A stretch of DNA of 64,000 nucleotides from Octopus sinensis (lineage: Eukaryota), in NCBI RefSeq assembly GCF_006345805.1, contig NC_043003.1:73160001-73224000 (forward strand), read 5' to 3'. A program made the translations under genes and the position numbers. Below are positions 1 through 15,871 of this stretch, piece after piece. A model generated the notes under the pieces. The model saw only the letters and a program-made list of their open reading frames with translations. It ran no database searches and was not told the origin of the DNA. Each line of letters begins with the position of its first letter. Position 1 is the stretch's first letter.

Positions 1-249
1 AAGATAGAAATAAGAGCCAGTACCCTCTTAAATTACACTATACTTTCTTAGAAAAGGTACAATGGTTCAAATGTTCCAAAGTATATTTAAATTGTGTGTA
101 AATACAATGTGGGAATGTTTTTGGTCAAAGAAATGTTCTACCGAGATTAACTCTGATCTTAGCAACAATTGAAGATTTATATAAAAAGATTTAACTTTCA
201 CATTAAAACCATCCGAAATGATTGCATAACTATTCTATTATATCGGGTA

Positions 250-1450
250 CAAGCACAGATAACCACAATAACTGTGTGCGAATTTTGAGCGTAACGTTAT
301 CAAAGAAAAATGGAATACTTTTTACGAAAAACTCAGTGATATTAGCTGAATAAGAAAATATGAAAGAAGAAGTAATGAAGCACAACATAGCGGGCAATGG
401 CAACGGACGATAATGGATATCACACAAAAAACCGTCAAAACACGTGCTACACAACAATACGACATAATCGCAGTAACTTAAAACAAGGGAGACACAACAA
501 CACACTTAAGTACGAATTAGGTAAACCAAATAGGACATTAATACGTGTTAATGAAAAGCCAGCTGTAAAGTTCGAGAGAGGATATCAAAATAAAAAAACT
601 GAAGTGATAACATTCATAAAAGACTAGGAAGATAATGTTACATCTGAGACTAGAATACCTACTTAGGTAAGTTAACTTTGCATTATAAATATTTCTAGAA
701 GAAATAAAAGGCACAAGTATATTGGGTATGAATAAACTAATGTACACTACACTGTGTGTTATAACTAAACTAATGGCGTAGAAATCTGTGGGAAAATAAG
801 AAAACATAAATCAGAAATTAGCGTCGAGACGAAAACTTGAACAGGAAATCAACAGAAAAAGAAAAGATATAACAATACATAACAATTGAGTGCCAGAAAT
901 ATAACAAAGAATATAAAAAAAGGAAGTAAAAAAAACAACCAATGCTATATAGAAGTTTTAACATTAATGATGAACAACTGAAATAAAGAAGCAATGATTA
1001 ATTTATCAGGTGAAAACGGAATTTTTAGAATACATCGATTTGATAAAATAATGAAGCAAAGAAACAAAATAAAATGTTTCAGGAAGATAAAGGAAACATT
1101 TTACAGAGAGTTTAACAAAATATAACAAAATACAAATTAGAGAACAAGAAATACTGACATTTTGAAAAAATATATTGGAAGCTGATAACAAAACATAAAA
1201 CAAGAGAAATATTGAATAGTATCATGAGAAATAAGAAATATTACAGCGGAACATATAATGCAAGAGATAAAAGCAAAACGCTATTAGATGTAAGCTGGAT
1301 TAGACAAAAATCTAACATTTCTGGATAAAACGTCTCCATATTTCATTCACACATTGCACCAATCTCTTAATGAGATAATAAAATGTCCATCTCAAATATT
1401 TGGGCAACAATGATCCTACCAATGAGAGCAAAACGAGTGGCTGCAAAAAC
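250..1450 (+). mobile_element. Degraded R4/Dong-like (RLE-type) non-LTR retrotransposon, N-terminal region to start of RT
   Basis: Broken + frames read RRKLEQEINRKRKDI (~826-870), FQEDK..FYREFNK..EQEILTF*KNILE (~1077-1180) and AGLDK/FWIKRL (~1294-1336). These match R4/Dong motifs (WKRRLE, FYREL..FW..IWE, PGPD...FWLK). Many stops and frameshifts; boundaries approximate. Confidence 0.6.
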
Positions 1451-1699
1451 ACTAAAGTAATAACTTACTTCTATTAAGAGTAAAATGTGGTATCAATGTC
1501 TAGATAGTATAATATTCTGTCCGTTAATAAAGATATATCAGATCACAGTAAGTAGCTGACGAAGAGAAGGTCAGCTGAACATGTTTACTTGGCTGTAAAG
1601 AAATAAAATATATATGAATAATGCAGACTGGAAAACAAAATAACATTCATGCTACCTCGGTAGGTTTCGAAAAATCCTACAAGCACCAAAATAATGACT

Positions 1700-2030
1700 T
1701 GACCACATTCTAGAGATCGCAGCCAAAATGTTCTTGAATAACAAATTACCGTCATTAACATTAGAAAGATCAGGTCCTGTAAAGCGGTTTGAGATAAAAA
1801 GTTTGATAAACGTTTAAACGATGGGTTGGTCGCAGCCGAGTCATCTTTATTCAGAGATATGCTGGACGATGTCTAATCTGGAGCTAAATAACGACTCAAA
1901 GAAATGACACTGCAGATAATATAGTCTTGAATACATTATGTTTACATAAAATACCGGACGATCAAAGCTGGAATACCTGATTATTGATCTGCTCGTTCAC
2001 AGGTAATCTGGGGTTAAATATCATTAAGAA
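1700..2030 (+). repeat. Two degraded tandem copies of a SINE-like 3' tail
   Basis: Similar ends 'taatctggagctaaataac' (~1874) and 'taatctggggttaaatatc' (~2004). A related degenerate copy lies at 1-170. Confidence 0.35.
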
Positions 2031-2249
2031 ATATTGGTCGTAAGATAGCTTAACACATTCATTGATGTTTAGATGGACAATGATATGTAAATTATTTTGT
2101 CCTGTACAATCATTTTATCAAGCACAACCACGCTTAACACTGATTTAAAAATATATGTGTGACTAACTTTCATCCATCAGAAAATAGTTGAGGAAATGAC
2201 GTTCTATTCCTGCCACCTCTACAATCATCACAATTACTACCATCAATAG

Positions 2250-2692
2250 TTGAAAAGAGACCGAAAAGAGGAATGAAAAATATGACGTACATTTGGGGCG
2301 AATATGTAGAGGACTGTATAATATATATCTTTATAAACGGTGAGATATCCAGATCCTGTTACGAAGCATATGATATTATTTCAGTAAAGGAATTTAAGAA
2401 AAAACAAAACAAAAAAAGGTGGTGGGCAACTGTAATTTTGTAATTTCAAGGATAATTACTATATTTCATACACATAATTTGAAATATTAATATTTGGAGG
2501 ATATAAAGTTAAGATGATTCTGCTGGATAGAAGGAAATTTAAGAAGATTGTTCTAGGAAGTGGCAATAATTTGGCAAATGTGTTATCAATAGACACCAAC
2601 ATATCTGGGTGATTAAGAAGTTATTTTTGCCATCAGATGATTTGGTTTTCGGTACCAATGCACAGGACCTATGGAAGTACTATGGAAACCTG

Positions 2693-2723
<31 letters not shown>

Positions 2724-4510
2724 CATACATACATACATACACACATACATACATACATACATACATACATACATACATACATGCATGCATGTATACATAC
2801 ATCGTTGTGACCAATGACTGTAGCGAGTTGATGCCTTTGACGAGAATGGCTTTTATTTTGAGATGATCAAAGATGTTTGAGTGAATAGTTTGTGTACCAT
2901 TCCAGGTATGTGAACAATATAATAAAGGATGTGATTCGTAGTTGATATTGGTAGAAGCCGAGTGACGCACTAGACCTTAAATAGTTATTATAACTTAAAT
3001 GGAAGCGTAACTTTTCAAAAGTAACTTTATGTGATATTAATATGATAGAACTTTTGGTCGTTTGTTTTGGGCACCATAAATTATTCTGTATTTTAGGGAT
3101 TTAGCTGTGTCCTATTTATGAATAGGTAGGGTGTTGTAAAACGTTGTCTCTGTTACATAGTAATAATTGTTCTGCTAACAGTGTTGGGCATCGCATCCAA
3201 TACATAGATTTCTAGTGTAAGGTGTCAAGTTAATCGTGCAGAACATTTTCTTGGAAAAGATCAAAGGAAATTTGTTTCTGTTTAAAGGTAAGGTAAAACA
3301 TATTATAATACATATTTTACACTATAGTTCATAGAAATTCAATCCAAAATTTTGTGTACAATAGTGGCAATGTGGTTCTTATGCGAAAAACATGTTAACA
3401 ATTTCGATTCCCTCGAAGGTCTTTGGGTCGAAAAAACAGTAGTAAATAACGTGGAATAATACAATTCTGCTAGATGTGAATCTACAGATACTGTCATTGA
3501 GGGATGGACAAAAAACAAAGAATTTAGAGGTTTGGTGTTATCAATACAGCATATGAGTAGAGAATGAGGCCGACTAGGAGATACAGATGAGAATAGCACT
3601 GAACTCGACCCCTGCGTGAAGGATATAAACATACAAGGAATATGAGAGATAGGTAAGATGAGATTCAATATAAATTAAAAAGGACGAGTCAAGGCTTACG
3701 TGACAAAGAAATTCGTTTTCCTGTAAAAGCTGATAATAACTTTTGAAAGACATGAAAATTGATGTTCAGCTTGGCCATACAGAAATGATTCAAAGCACAG
3801 AGTGAGGGTTTTAGGTATTAACCAAAAATAAGACAAAACAGATTGCGTGTTTGGAAGTATTTAAAAATAATGATGCAAAAGGCGGATTATTTGGAGTAGA
3901 TTGTTACTTATTGATTTTGACAGGATTTGATATGGTTGTTAATAAACGTAAAGTTTTGAAGAAGAATAAAGGCATCATTAATACTTCTGCTAATCATTAA
4001 GTAAACAATAATTATTAGTCCACTTCAAGAACATTAAAACCTGGAAGTTGGATAGCTTATAGTTATTGGTTGAGAGGGGCAAAAGTTTCGCAAATTGAAT
4101 GCAAAGCAAACGTTTTAACGGCACAGCATGTCTGCACTTTAAACTAAAGATTTTGCATACAGTACCAAAGTTTCTCAAAGGTCACCGTGTAACTAATTAA
4201 ATAGGCTCGACCTTACGTAATATCACTGATCAAAAGAGAACTTTTGTTTTCAATGTGATATGGCCGCAAATCTTTCTCTGTCTGTGTCTCTATCAGTCAG
4301 CCTGCTTGTCTGTCTCCCTCACCCTCTCTCTATGTATATAATTTTCCTTGTGTTGCCCCATATCCGTATGTCTTGCGGCTCTACGTTATGTGTTGTATAT
4401 GTATATTTTATTTTATCCTGTTTGTTTTCATCATTGTCTTGTACGTTCATTAGTTATTCCCAGTGGATTTTCTCGACTGGCGCCACAAGAGGTGAACAAT
4501 ATCAATGTTA
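2250..4510 (+). mobile_element. Highly degraded Tx1/L1-like LINE (ORF1 remnant, endonuclease start, putative 3' UTR)
   Basis: Remnant peptides LTRMAFIL..KMF (~2837-2880), similar to the ORF2 start at 6778, and LRDK..F (~3696). Interrupted by (ACAT)n. Weak and recognised by eye. Confidence 0.35.
2696..2800. repeat. (ACAT)n microsatellite
   Basis: Directly visible tandem ACAT. Confidence 0.95.
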
Positions 4511-4594
4511 AAGGCATGATATTGTAATGATCTCTTAGTCGTTGAGTGATGAGGAATTAATTACTCACTTTTTGTTTGTCATGCTTGTGTTGTG

Positions 4595-4595
<1 letters not shown>

Positions 4596-4650
<55 letters not shown>

Positions 4651-4740
4651 TGTGTGTGTGTATATATATATATAATATATATATATATATTTGTGTGTGC
4701 GTGTGCATGTGAGTGCCTCTGTGTGTGTACGTGTATATGT
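4596..4740. repeat. (TA)n/(TG)n compound microsatellite
   Basis: Directly visible. Confidence 0.9.
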
Positions 4741-4978
4741 AATCAACAGGGTTACCCCTACTGAATTACAGTTTCGTTTGAAGGTCTGACAGTCGACTCT
4801 GCACGTCAGCAGGTTATCAAGTGCCGGACTTTCTAAACGAAACCTCAATTCGGTTTTCTCAACTAAATCAAGCTCCTTATATATCCAGTAATAAGTTGCA
4901 TTCACCAGATTTATATTTTCAAACAATAATGTGAAACTATGTAAGTATGTATGGCTGTATGCGTTTATGTATGTGAAA

Positions 4979-4979
<1 letters not shown>

Positions 4980-5058
<79 letters not shown>
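4980..5058. repeat. (CTAT)n microsatellite
   Basis: Directly visible. Confidence 0.95.
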
Positions 5059-5896
5059 GTCTACATATATGCATACATGTGTGTGCGTGTGTTTGCATTT
5101 GAATCGAGTATTTACATACATCTACTTGTGCATACATATGTGCATGCATTGTTGTTCTGCCTTGTAAAGAGAAACTGATCAAAGGGAATCTGAGAAGTTA
5201 AGATAACTTAATGAACAAAAGGCGTTGTTTAAATCTCAAATCCTACACAATTCCCCGTTCATTTTCTTGAAATAGATACGTTTAAGCTATAAATACATTC
5301 ATCTACCGTTCAAATGTCACAACAGGTCACTTATTCCATAGTCTATCATTCCTGTTTCACATTATTACGTTCAGATTTTTCCTTCAATTTTCTCTATATT
5401 TTTCTATCGAGAAAATCTCTTTTCTCTTTTAGCTATTTTAATAAACTCTTTGAAATCTTGACAGCTTACATTTTATTAAAAACTTTTTCACACTCAATGT
5501 TTAAAAATATTTTATTTTTTACAGATTAGTCACCTTCACCAGTTCCAATACTCCAATACTAGATGAACAATAAGTGTTGTTCTGTAATAACAGCTTAATC
5601 AAAGCAGTTAGGTAAGTATTATTGATACATAGTTTGTAGGTAAACGGTATTGATATATAGCAGAGAGCAGCTACTATTTCCCTATATCTCATCTAATATT
5701 AGAATATTTTCTATAAAGAGTTGCAATAAACGTTAGAATAAATCGTTGACCTCTTTGAACTCGAGCACTGAAAACGTATATTCTTCACAAGGCTCAGACT
5801 ACCAAATTTCATGTTGTTATCATACTAAATTCTATCTCTCAATTTATCGTTGTAGCTCTCTTTCTTTCTATCTCAAACTCACTCAGTCCCTGTTAT

Positions 5897-5914
5897 ACAC
5901 ACACACACACACAC

Positions 5915-6006
<92 letters not shown>
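5897..6006. repeat. (CA)n(TA)n microsatellite
   Basis: Directly visible. Confidence 0.95.
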
Positions 6007-6169
6007 CTAACAGTATTGTAGGAATTCAATACTGATATGCGTATATACAATATTTGTGAGTACACATAAAGGAATGTAAAAGCAAAGAAAGGATATCTAA
6101 TCCTCGTGGTGTTTACTACATTTGATCTTTTTGTTCCTATCTATTTATTAGTTAGACAGTGAGAGAAGG

Positions 6170-8000
6170 GAAATTCTTACGACCTTTACAGTTCGTCCAT
6201 ACCGGTGAAATCAATATATTTGATGTTCAGTTAAATCCTTTGGTGGACAACTTCAAAAAGTAGTGTTGGTGGTAGAAACATTTCCGAGAGTAACAATTAT
6301 GGGAAGAAATATTTGGACAATACATTTTGTGTGGAGCTTCAGAATAAGGACGCCGTATGAGTCATTCGAGAAACAGACCGTTGTATTGGACGGACCTAAA
6401 TTAGGGGCCCACGTCCACATTAACACTTACGGAAAATCCTGTCTGAGTAGGTTTGTAAGGATTTTGTACCCCCTCTTCTCTTCACTAGCCCCCACATGGT
6501 CTAGCCATGGCTCTAAGACGGCATTTCAACCGCTCACTAACGCCAAAAATCGAGACGTTTCCAGGAAGCCTCTGCAGTTCCACTCCCCATCCTGGTTGAC
6601 ATGGAGGTAAATAAATCTTGTATCCACTGAAAATGGATAGGAAATCCCGTCGGTCGGAGCGTCTGGTTTTACTGATAGCCACAGAATCCACAATTAGTAA
6701 CCTGAGGTTCTTGGGTACATGACTTTGTTTCCAAGGCGACCCCAGGCTAACTGCATTTATACTGCTCACTCTGAGCAAGGCTATGTTAGATTAAGGAATA
6801 GGAGCGGAAAAGGTATTTACAGTGATTTTGTTGAAAGGTGAGGATAGATGTTCCGTACCCATGGTTATATGCGGATGTTTTCATGAGCAGTTCCTTATAT
6901 AGTCTTTTGTTGATATTTCTTCTGAAAGCTCCAACTCCTTCAGGATATTCAGTTTTTATGGCATTGTATATGTTTCTTGATGTTTGGATGAATTTTATGT
7001 GTGCTGGTGTACTAAAATCGGTGTGTATGATGTCTGTAAGGTTATGTATGTTCCAGCAGTTCTTTATTGTTCTTATTTATTGCTGTGCAGTTATAGATGT
7101 TTAAATTTTGTTGGTGTTGGGATGTGAGATCTCAGAGTTGTGTGTGTATATTATTTTTTTCATAGGTCTGTTCTCTATTTGATCATACCTGCCAATTTTT
7201 GTGTTGATGTCGGTGTGATTTTGTTTCCTTTTCTTTTGCTAGACCTACTGACTTCTTGCCATTTAGGCTCTACGTCGTCCTCCTTACCAAAGGACATGTT
7301 CTACTGGTCCGAACACGGGAGATGCATCTACTGTTACTGTTGTTTTTGCAGTTGTAGCCGTCATCTGCCGCTGTCGCTGCTGTTCTTGTTGTGGTGGCGT
7401 CGGCAAAAGTCGGAACTCCCTTCTCTCTGTTGCTGAGGACAAAAAGCCTTCAGATGATTTATGTTACTACTCAGGTGACAACTCTGTTTGCTGTCATCAA
7501 TGGGTTCATGGAGGTTGGTGCCATCTGGAAAATTTATGGTGTCCAGGATTGCTTCTAGATTTACGTGAATTATCTGAACTTCATGACTCGCCGAACTTTG
7601 TTTTTGCAGTTTTCGCACCTGCAGGATATTTGTTTTGTCCTCTATGTGCGAGAAGACAGTCCGCTAACCGGCAGATGTTTATTTCTGGTGGTATATCTGC
7701 AATTTTTATTTTCTCCACTCTACGACCAAGATACAAGGAACAGGGTTTTCATTTTCTAGAAGCAAAAGTGGAGTCCTTCCTTACCTTCTTCTCTGGCAAA
7801 TCTCATCCCTACTGTGCCACATTGCTACACTTAACAACGTACGTTTTCTTGCCGCCTGTTCTAATTTACAAGTTTTTACTCCTATCATTTTGTATGTTAT
7901 TGTTTATCTCAGTGTGTCCTATACAACGACTTCAGGAGTGTTAACAGCAAGCTTTCTTCAATAATTTTAATATGCCTCTTGCTTTTCTAAATCGTCCATT
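6170..8000 (-). mobile_element. Degraded Tx1/L1-like LINE: ORF1 with zinc knuckle plus N-terminal APE endonuclease of ORF2
   Basis: ORF 7361-7618 has CHLSSNINHLKAFCP (decayed CX2CX4HX4C). ORF 6485-6778 starts MLRVSSINAVSLGSPWKQ..DSVAISKTR (APE N.RGL...ET motif). PVWTN occurs near 6200. 3'-truncated. Confidence 0.7.
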
Positions 8001-8335
8001 GACAGCTTTATAATTTTTGCGCCTGACGCACCGCAGCTGAGAAATCACTTGATTTGTGTTTTTTTTTTGTGTCGTTTTCAAGACTGTGTTGTGGTAGTGG
8101 TGGCGGTGATTGTTGAATTAGCGCGTGTTATGCATGAACATTTTTTTTCCTGTTTTTCTTGTGTATTTTTGTTGTTGCTTTGGTTGGCTTTTGTGATGGT
8201 GGCGGTGCTGGTGCTGTTGATTTCATTTTTTTTTCCTGTATATTTTTGTTGGTGTTGGTGTTGGTGTTGGTGATATTGTCACTACTACACTGTTGGTTAT
8301 GCTGCTAGTATCTCTTTCTGTGGTTGTTAGATTAT

Positions 8336-8940
8336 CATGGCTCAGTGGTTCGAGCGTCGGGCTCACAATTATGAAGTAGTGAGTTGGATTCCCTGAGCGA
8401 CTGTGTGTTGTTTCGCATTACTCCAAATCACACAGAAATGAGCTGCAACGTCACTGCTGCCAAGATGTATAGGCCTTTGTCTTTCTCCTAGATAACATCG
8501 GTGGGGTGGAGAGGGGGCTGGTATGCATGGGCGACTGCTGGTCTTCCATAAACAACCTTGTCCAGACTTGTGCCTCGGAGAGAAACTTTCTAGGTGCAAT
8601 ATCATGGTCATTCACTCCTGTTCTTCAGTCCTGCTCCTGAGCGTCGGCTGCGGGGTCACTCCGAAAAGCTCTATCTGCGACAATTTCATCTCAATTGAAG
8701 GAGAGGGGCTTTCTCCGTCCGGGTTGCGGATCCGTGGAATAAGCTGCCGGACGAGATAGTGAAGATGCCGTCGACCGTTCGGTTCAAAGTCTCTCTTGAC
8801 CAGAAATGGCCTGAACTCTTTGCATAAACACTCTCCCTGTACATAACTCCATGTCCCCCTACATGGCCTTGCTTTTTTGCTTTTTGAGCCAAAAAATTAA
8901 CTTAACTTATCTTAACATTCATGACCGAATGGAATCTTTA
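8336..8940 (+). mobile_element. tRNA-derived SINE interrupted by a CR1 3' fragment
   Basis: Head 'tggctcagtggtt...gagttggattccc' (A/B-box-like). Body 8437-8614 is closely similar to 58092-58277 and resumes 'tgaccgaa' at 8922. Confidence 0.8.
8615..8915 (+). mobile_element. 5'-truncated CR1-clade LINE 3' end with CATTCA target-site duplication
   Basis: Translates RLRGHSEKLYLRQFHLN*RRGAFSVRVADPWNKLPDEIVKMPSTVRFKVSLDQKW (canonical CR1 C-terminus). (TTAAC)n-like tail. CATTCA at 8609-8614 and 8916-8921. Confidence 0.85.
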
Positions 8941-9269
8941 CCAATTAGATCAGCCGGGGAATTTTGACTGTGAAAGCCAATTTTGTCTTCAAAACTATCT
9001 CCCACAAGCTTCTCTTCTCCTTTTAGTGAAGAAGCTTCAGCCATACTGAAGTTTCTAAACAATATTTTGAAGAGAAAGGCTTTCTATTCGAAATTTTGCA
9101 CCTTAAGGCAGATAAATTTTTTTGCTCGAACACTTATGGTCTACTCAAAATACGACTCACAATACACAAAAGAATAAAACAAAATTAGACTCATAACAAT
9201 GAAAACAAGTCAATAACTCACGGAGCACTTGTGACATGTTTAATCCTGGCCACAAACAATAATAATAAT

Positions 9270-9482
9270 CATTTCTACAGATACATAAGGCATGAAAATG
9301 TGTGGGAGGGGACTTGTCGACTACATTGACCCCAGTGCTTCACTGGTATTTAAATTATCGACCCTGAAATAAGTGAATGGCAACGTCGACCTCGGCGGAA
9401 TTTGAACTCAGAACGTAAAGACGGACGAAATACCACCAAGCATTTCGCGCAAGTGCTAACGATTCTACCAGCTCACCGCCTT
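9270..9482 (-). mobile_element. tRNA-derived SINE with Nin-like core domain
   Basis: Reverse complement of ggcggtgagctggtagaa...gagttcaaattccgccgaggtcgac...cactggggtc; ends in (ATT)n. Confidence 0.85.
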
Positions 9483-9499
9483 AAACAGTAATGATGATA

Positions 9500-9636
9500 A
9501 TCTTTTCCACTATAGGCACAAGGCCTGAAATTTTGGGGAGGGAATAAGCCAATTTTATCGACTCCTGTATTTGTCTGGTACTCAATTTATGAACCCTGAA
9601 AAGATGAAAATCGACCTCGGTGGAATTTGAACTCAG
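9500..9636 (-). mobile_element. Partial Nin-like SINE
   Basis: 'cgacctcggtggaatttgaactcag' core and 'aggcacaaggcctgaaat' tail. Confidence 0.8.
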
Positions 9637-9934
9637 CAAGAATGATAATAATGTGTGTCACTTTGAAAATTATATATATATTTTCGAACAGTTTTTCTGT
9701 ACTGAGGAAGAGAAATAACCTAGATACCGCGGTTCACAGATATTGATTTGTGCTGAGTGGGGATGCTAAACTCCCCTGTTCGAAAATATAAGGACACAGA
9801 TAGTGTGTCGTATAGTCAGCTGGAGACGATATTTCCTGGGGCCAAATAACAGTAACATTCGTCTTTACTTTAGAGTACTGTTACTGAATGTCTCTCGTTG
9901 AGAGATTTAGAAATTATAATGTTTCCAATAATAA

Positions 9935-10078
9935 TACCTTCTGCTAAAGGCACAAGGCCAGAAATTTGGGGACGGGAACTAGTCGATTACATTACATAGT
10001 CCCCAGTGTTTAACTAGTACTTATTTAACGGCCCCGAATGGATGAAAGGCAAAATCAACCTCGGCAGAATTTGAACTC

Positions 10079-10080
<2 letters not shown>
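9935..10080 (-). mobile_element. Partial Nin-like SINE
   Basis: 'gatgaaaggcaaaatcaacctcggcagaatttgaactc' core. Confidence 0.8.
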
Positions 10081-10152
<72 letters not shown>

Positions 10153-10180
10153 GATAATAATAACAATAATAATAATGATA
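10079..10180. repeat. (AAT)n microsatellite
   Basis: Directly visible. Confidence 0.95.
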
Positions 10181-11755
10181 AAATACCAACAAAACTGCTG
10201 TGACAGTTCTAGAAGTGACATTACGTTAAGTAATAAAATTGTTAGCCACACCGACCTTGGTATTATATTAATTCCTCGAAGGAATTAACTCACCTCTGCT
10301 TTTCAACTCAATAACAATGTTGGCCCGATACCAAGGAATCTTGTCACCAATAGAGAGCGTCAGTCAAATTAACGGGTGAGCTGTAGACTGATTAATTAAA
10401 GTTATTGATTAACGGCTAACTAGGTGATGAGAATTAATTTTTCCAGCTAGTTGAATTTAGTGCCTAAACTGTTTAGCCAAGACTCTATCTGCCAAACTGT
10501 TACCATAGCAATTATGAATTACCAATCATGTTTTCATTATGTCCTGATTCACACCACGTGTTCTGTCAATTAAACCTTTGACTCTTCCTTCATCTTGCAA
10601 TTAAATTTCTATTATTTAGTATCGCTATTTTACTCTAGCTTCTTATTTTTGTTTTCAAACTTTTCCTTTTCTCATTCGGTTTTATTTAGTAATTTGTACA
10701 ATTACTTTTTTTTGTTAAATCACTCAAATATTTTTCTCTCTTATAGTTACAGATACTATTTCAGATGATACAGAATGATAGTCTTTTTTTCTTTGTTCTT
10801 GCTGATCTTATTGTTGTTAGTGTTGCTCTTACTTGTGTGTCTTTTGTTTCCTTTTATAATTTCTATTTCTGTTTTATTAAATCACTAGAATCCTTAGTCA
10901 ATTTGTTCATTAGTCGGGCTTAACCTCTGCTCACTCTTGTTTGTGACCATCTAAAAAAATACACAATGCAATTATCACGCCACCAGGAAAGTTGATAAAA
11001 CATAACTGTTTCATTACACATTCCACTAAAAACGAAATATTGGAATTTAATCAAGTATGAAACGTTCCAAAATTAGATACATTCGCCATTTTTCTTCTGC
11101 CACATTTTGTCTTCTTTTGTTTTCCGTTTCTTACTCGCTCTTTTCACTCTCCCTAGTAACACACTCACATACACTCCAGCTCTCTAATTCTCTCTCAAAC
11201 CCGTTCTCTCTTTCTTTGTCTCTGTCTTTTTGTTTCCATGTGCAAAATAATATTTCACATTTAATATCATGTACTTGCACGAATTTTCAGCTTGAATGTC
11301 TGATACCTGTAGGTCACAATTCATCGTACTGTTGGTTCCAATTATTTGTTATGCCTTACTAATTCATCGCCCGTTTCTGCAGAAACGTTCTGTAAAGTAA
11401 CGTAAAAATAATTAACATGTAGCGTGTTCAGTATCCCGTTTCATTTCCTGCTGAGATACAAACCCGTTTCACTTGTGACATGAGCAGCCTGATAAAAAAC
11501 AGAATGTTACAACGTCTTAGGAGCCCCGTGTTATAATATTCTAACCAAGTCATCAAAACCTTTATTTATACTTTACAGCAGGTATTGTAATTGAAGAGGT
11601 AAGCGTCCAGCAAGTGGCGATCGGACCTGGAATTCGGTTGCCTGTAGGAACAATACAGAGGCATTTTCAAAGTTAATGTATAGCAATGACATGGATATTT
11701 GTCGTCTTAGTCCCAGATATAGTATATGCGCCAAGTAGAAAGAAACAAACGTAAT

Positions 11756-11997
11756 GCGGTAAGCTGGCAGAAACATTAGCAGGCTCGGCGAAATGCTTAG
11801 CGGTATTTCATCTGCCGCTACGTTCTGAGTTCAAATTCCGCCGAGGTCGACTTTGCTTTTCATCCTTTCGGGGTCGATTAAATAAGTACCAGTTACGCAC
11901 TGGGGTCGATATAATTGACTTAATCCGTTTGTCTGTCTTTGTCTGTCCCCTCTGTATATAGCCCCTTGTGGATAGAAAAGAAACAAGAAAGAAACAA
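11756..11997 (+). mobile_element. Full-length Nin-like tRNA SINE ('gccccttgtgg' tail variant)
   Basis: gcggtaagctggcagaa...gagttcaaattccgccgaggtcgactttgcttttcatcctttcggggtcga...; closely similar to 37631-37861. Confidence 0.9.
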
Positions 11998-12369
11998 ACG
12001 TGCACGCATGCACACACACACACACACACTCCCTCTCTCTCTCTGTCATACATATATTAAAATCACAGTAAGCAACGATGATTAATCTGTTTAAATGTAC
12101 ACTAATGTCCCAAATATAAAAAAGAACAGCCTTGTCTTAAAGGTCACTGCTAAATGTGCCTTGAGTTAATTTTATCTTGACAAAGATTTTACGACAGGAA
12201 AATTTTTATTTACATTCACGATTGCAAGAAGATTGTGGTTACAATTCGCGGAACAGAGGCTGCATTTTGCTCTTGAGCAAAATATTTAATATCACGTTGC
12301 AACATGTCTACTCAACTGTAAATGCATATATACATACGTATATATACATACAGATGAAGACCGAACCCC

Positions 12370-15085
<2,716 letters not shown>

Positions 15086-15149
15086 ATCTAAATTGAAAAA
15101 TTAGATGTGTAGATACTGTTCTTTTTAAATCAGGTGAATTAGTCCGAGC

Positions 15150-15435
15150 TGTGGGTGTTAGGTTTACATTAGTTAGGTATGGTTAAGATTGTAATATGTA
15201 AATGTGTGTTTAGCTGCATATAGGCATCTGGGTAATTGTTCTGAGAACAATATTGAGAGTGACTCGTCGGAGCATGGCTGGCATTTCCAGGATAATGTGT
15301 TGTAGGGACTCGCATATCTAATCAGAGACCAGGTCAAATTATATTTGTTTTTTCTTTCTTGAACCTCCAGATAAAATCAGCCAGTGGTGTTTCATGGTAT
15401 TTGAGGATTTTTCGAAAGCTGCAAATGCGGTTACG
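15150..15435 (-). mobile_element. Penelope-like GIY-YIG C-terminal fragment
   Basis: Minus strand reads LADFIWRFKKEK..YNLTWSLIRYASPYNTLSWKCQPCSDESLSILFS, matching the PLE motif LS..IW.LK...Y.I.W.I...A.PY....C.LC..E. Confidence 0.7.
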
Positions 15436-15450
15436 ATATGTATGTATATA

Positions 15451-15702
15451 TCACCGTTACCGAACAGGCTATCAGATGCTGCTACACATTGCTGGTCTCA
15501 ATGCGCTTCGCATTGTTTTAGCCTTCAAATGACGCCACCCCGCTGGCTAAGCGAGCAGGCCAAGAAGAAGAAAGAGTGAGAGAAGGTTGTGGCAAAAGAA
15601 TACAGCAGGGATCGCCCCCCACTGCTGGAGTCCCGTGGAGCTTTGGGTGTTTTCGCTCAATAAACACTCACAACGCCTAACCATTGGGCCATTGCGCCTC
15701 CA
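15451..15702 (-). mobile_element. tRNA-derived SINE (gtggaggcgcaatggccc head family)
   Basis: Reverse complement matches the head at 57786 and the body/tail at 58328-58557 ('gctatcagatg.tgctacaca'). Confidence 0.85.
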
Positions 15703-15760
15703 CATGTATGTATATATATGTATGCATATATATGCATGCATATATATGTATATATATATG

Positions 15761-15836
<76 letters not shown>
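15761..15836. repeat. (CTAT)n microsatellite
   Basis: Directly visible. Confidence 0.95.
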
Positions 15837-15837
<1 letters not shown>

Positions 15838-15871
15838 TACAATTATGACTTTTTCGCATCCTAATAACCCT

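Noticed and set aside
4745-4850. HHR on the minus strand (ctgacgt...cgaaac)
   Set aside because: The core is not CUGANGA and no convincing stem II or III could be formed. At most it is a decayed pLTR.
11579-11598. 20 nt micro-exon (tttacag|...gag|gtaagc)
   Set aside because: It is too short to distinguish from chance, and the minus strand here resembles an RT remnant (SLLYINFENA).
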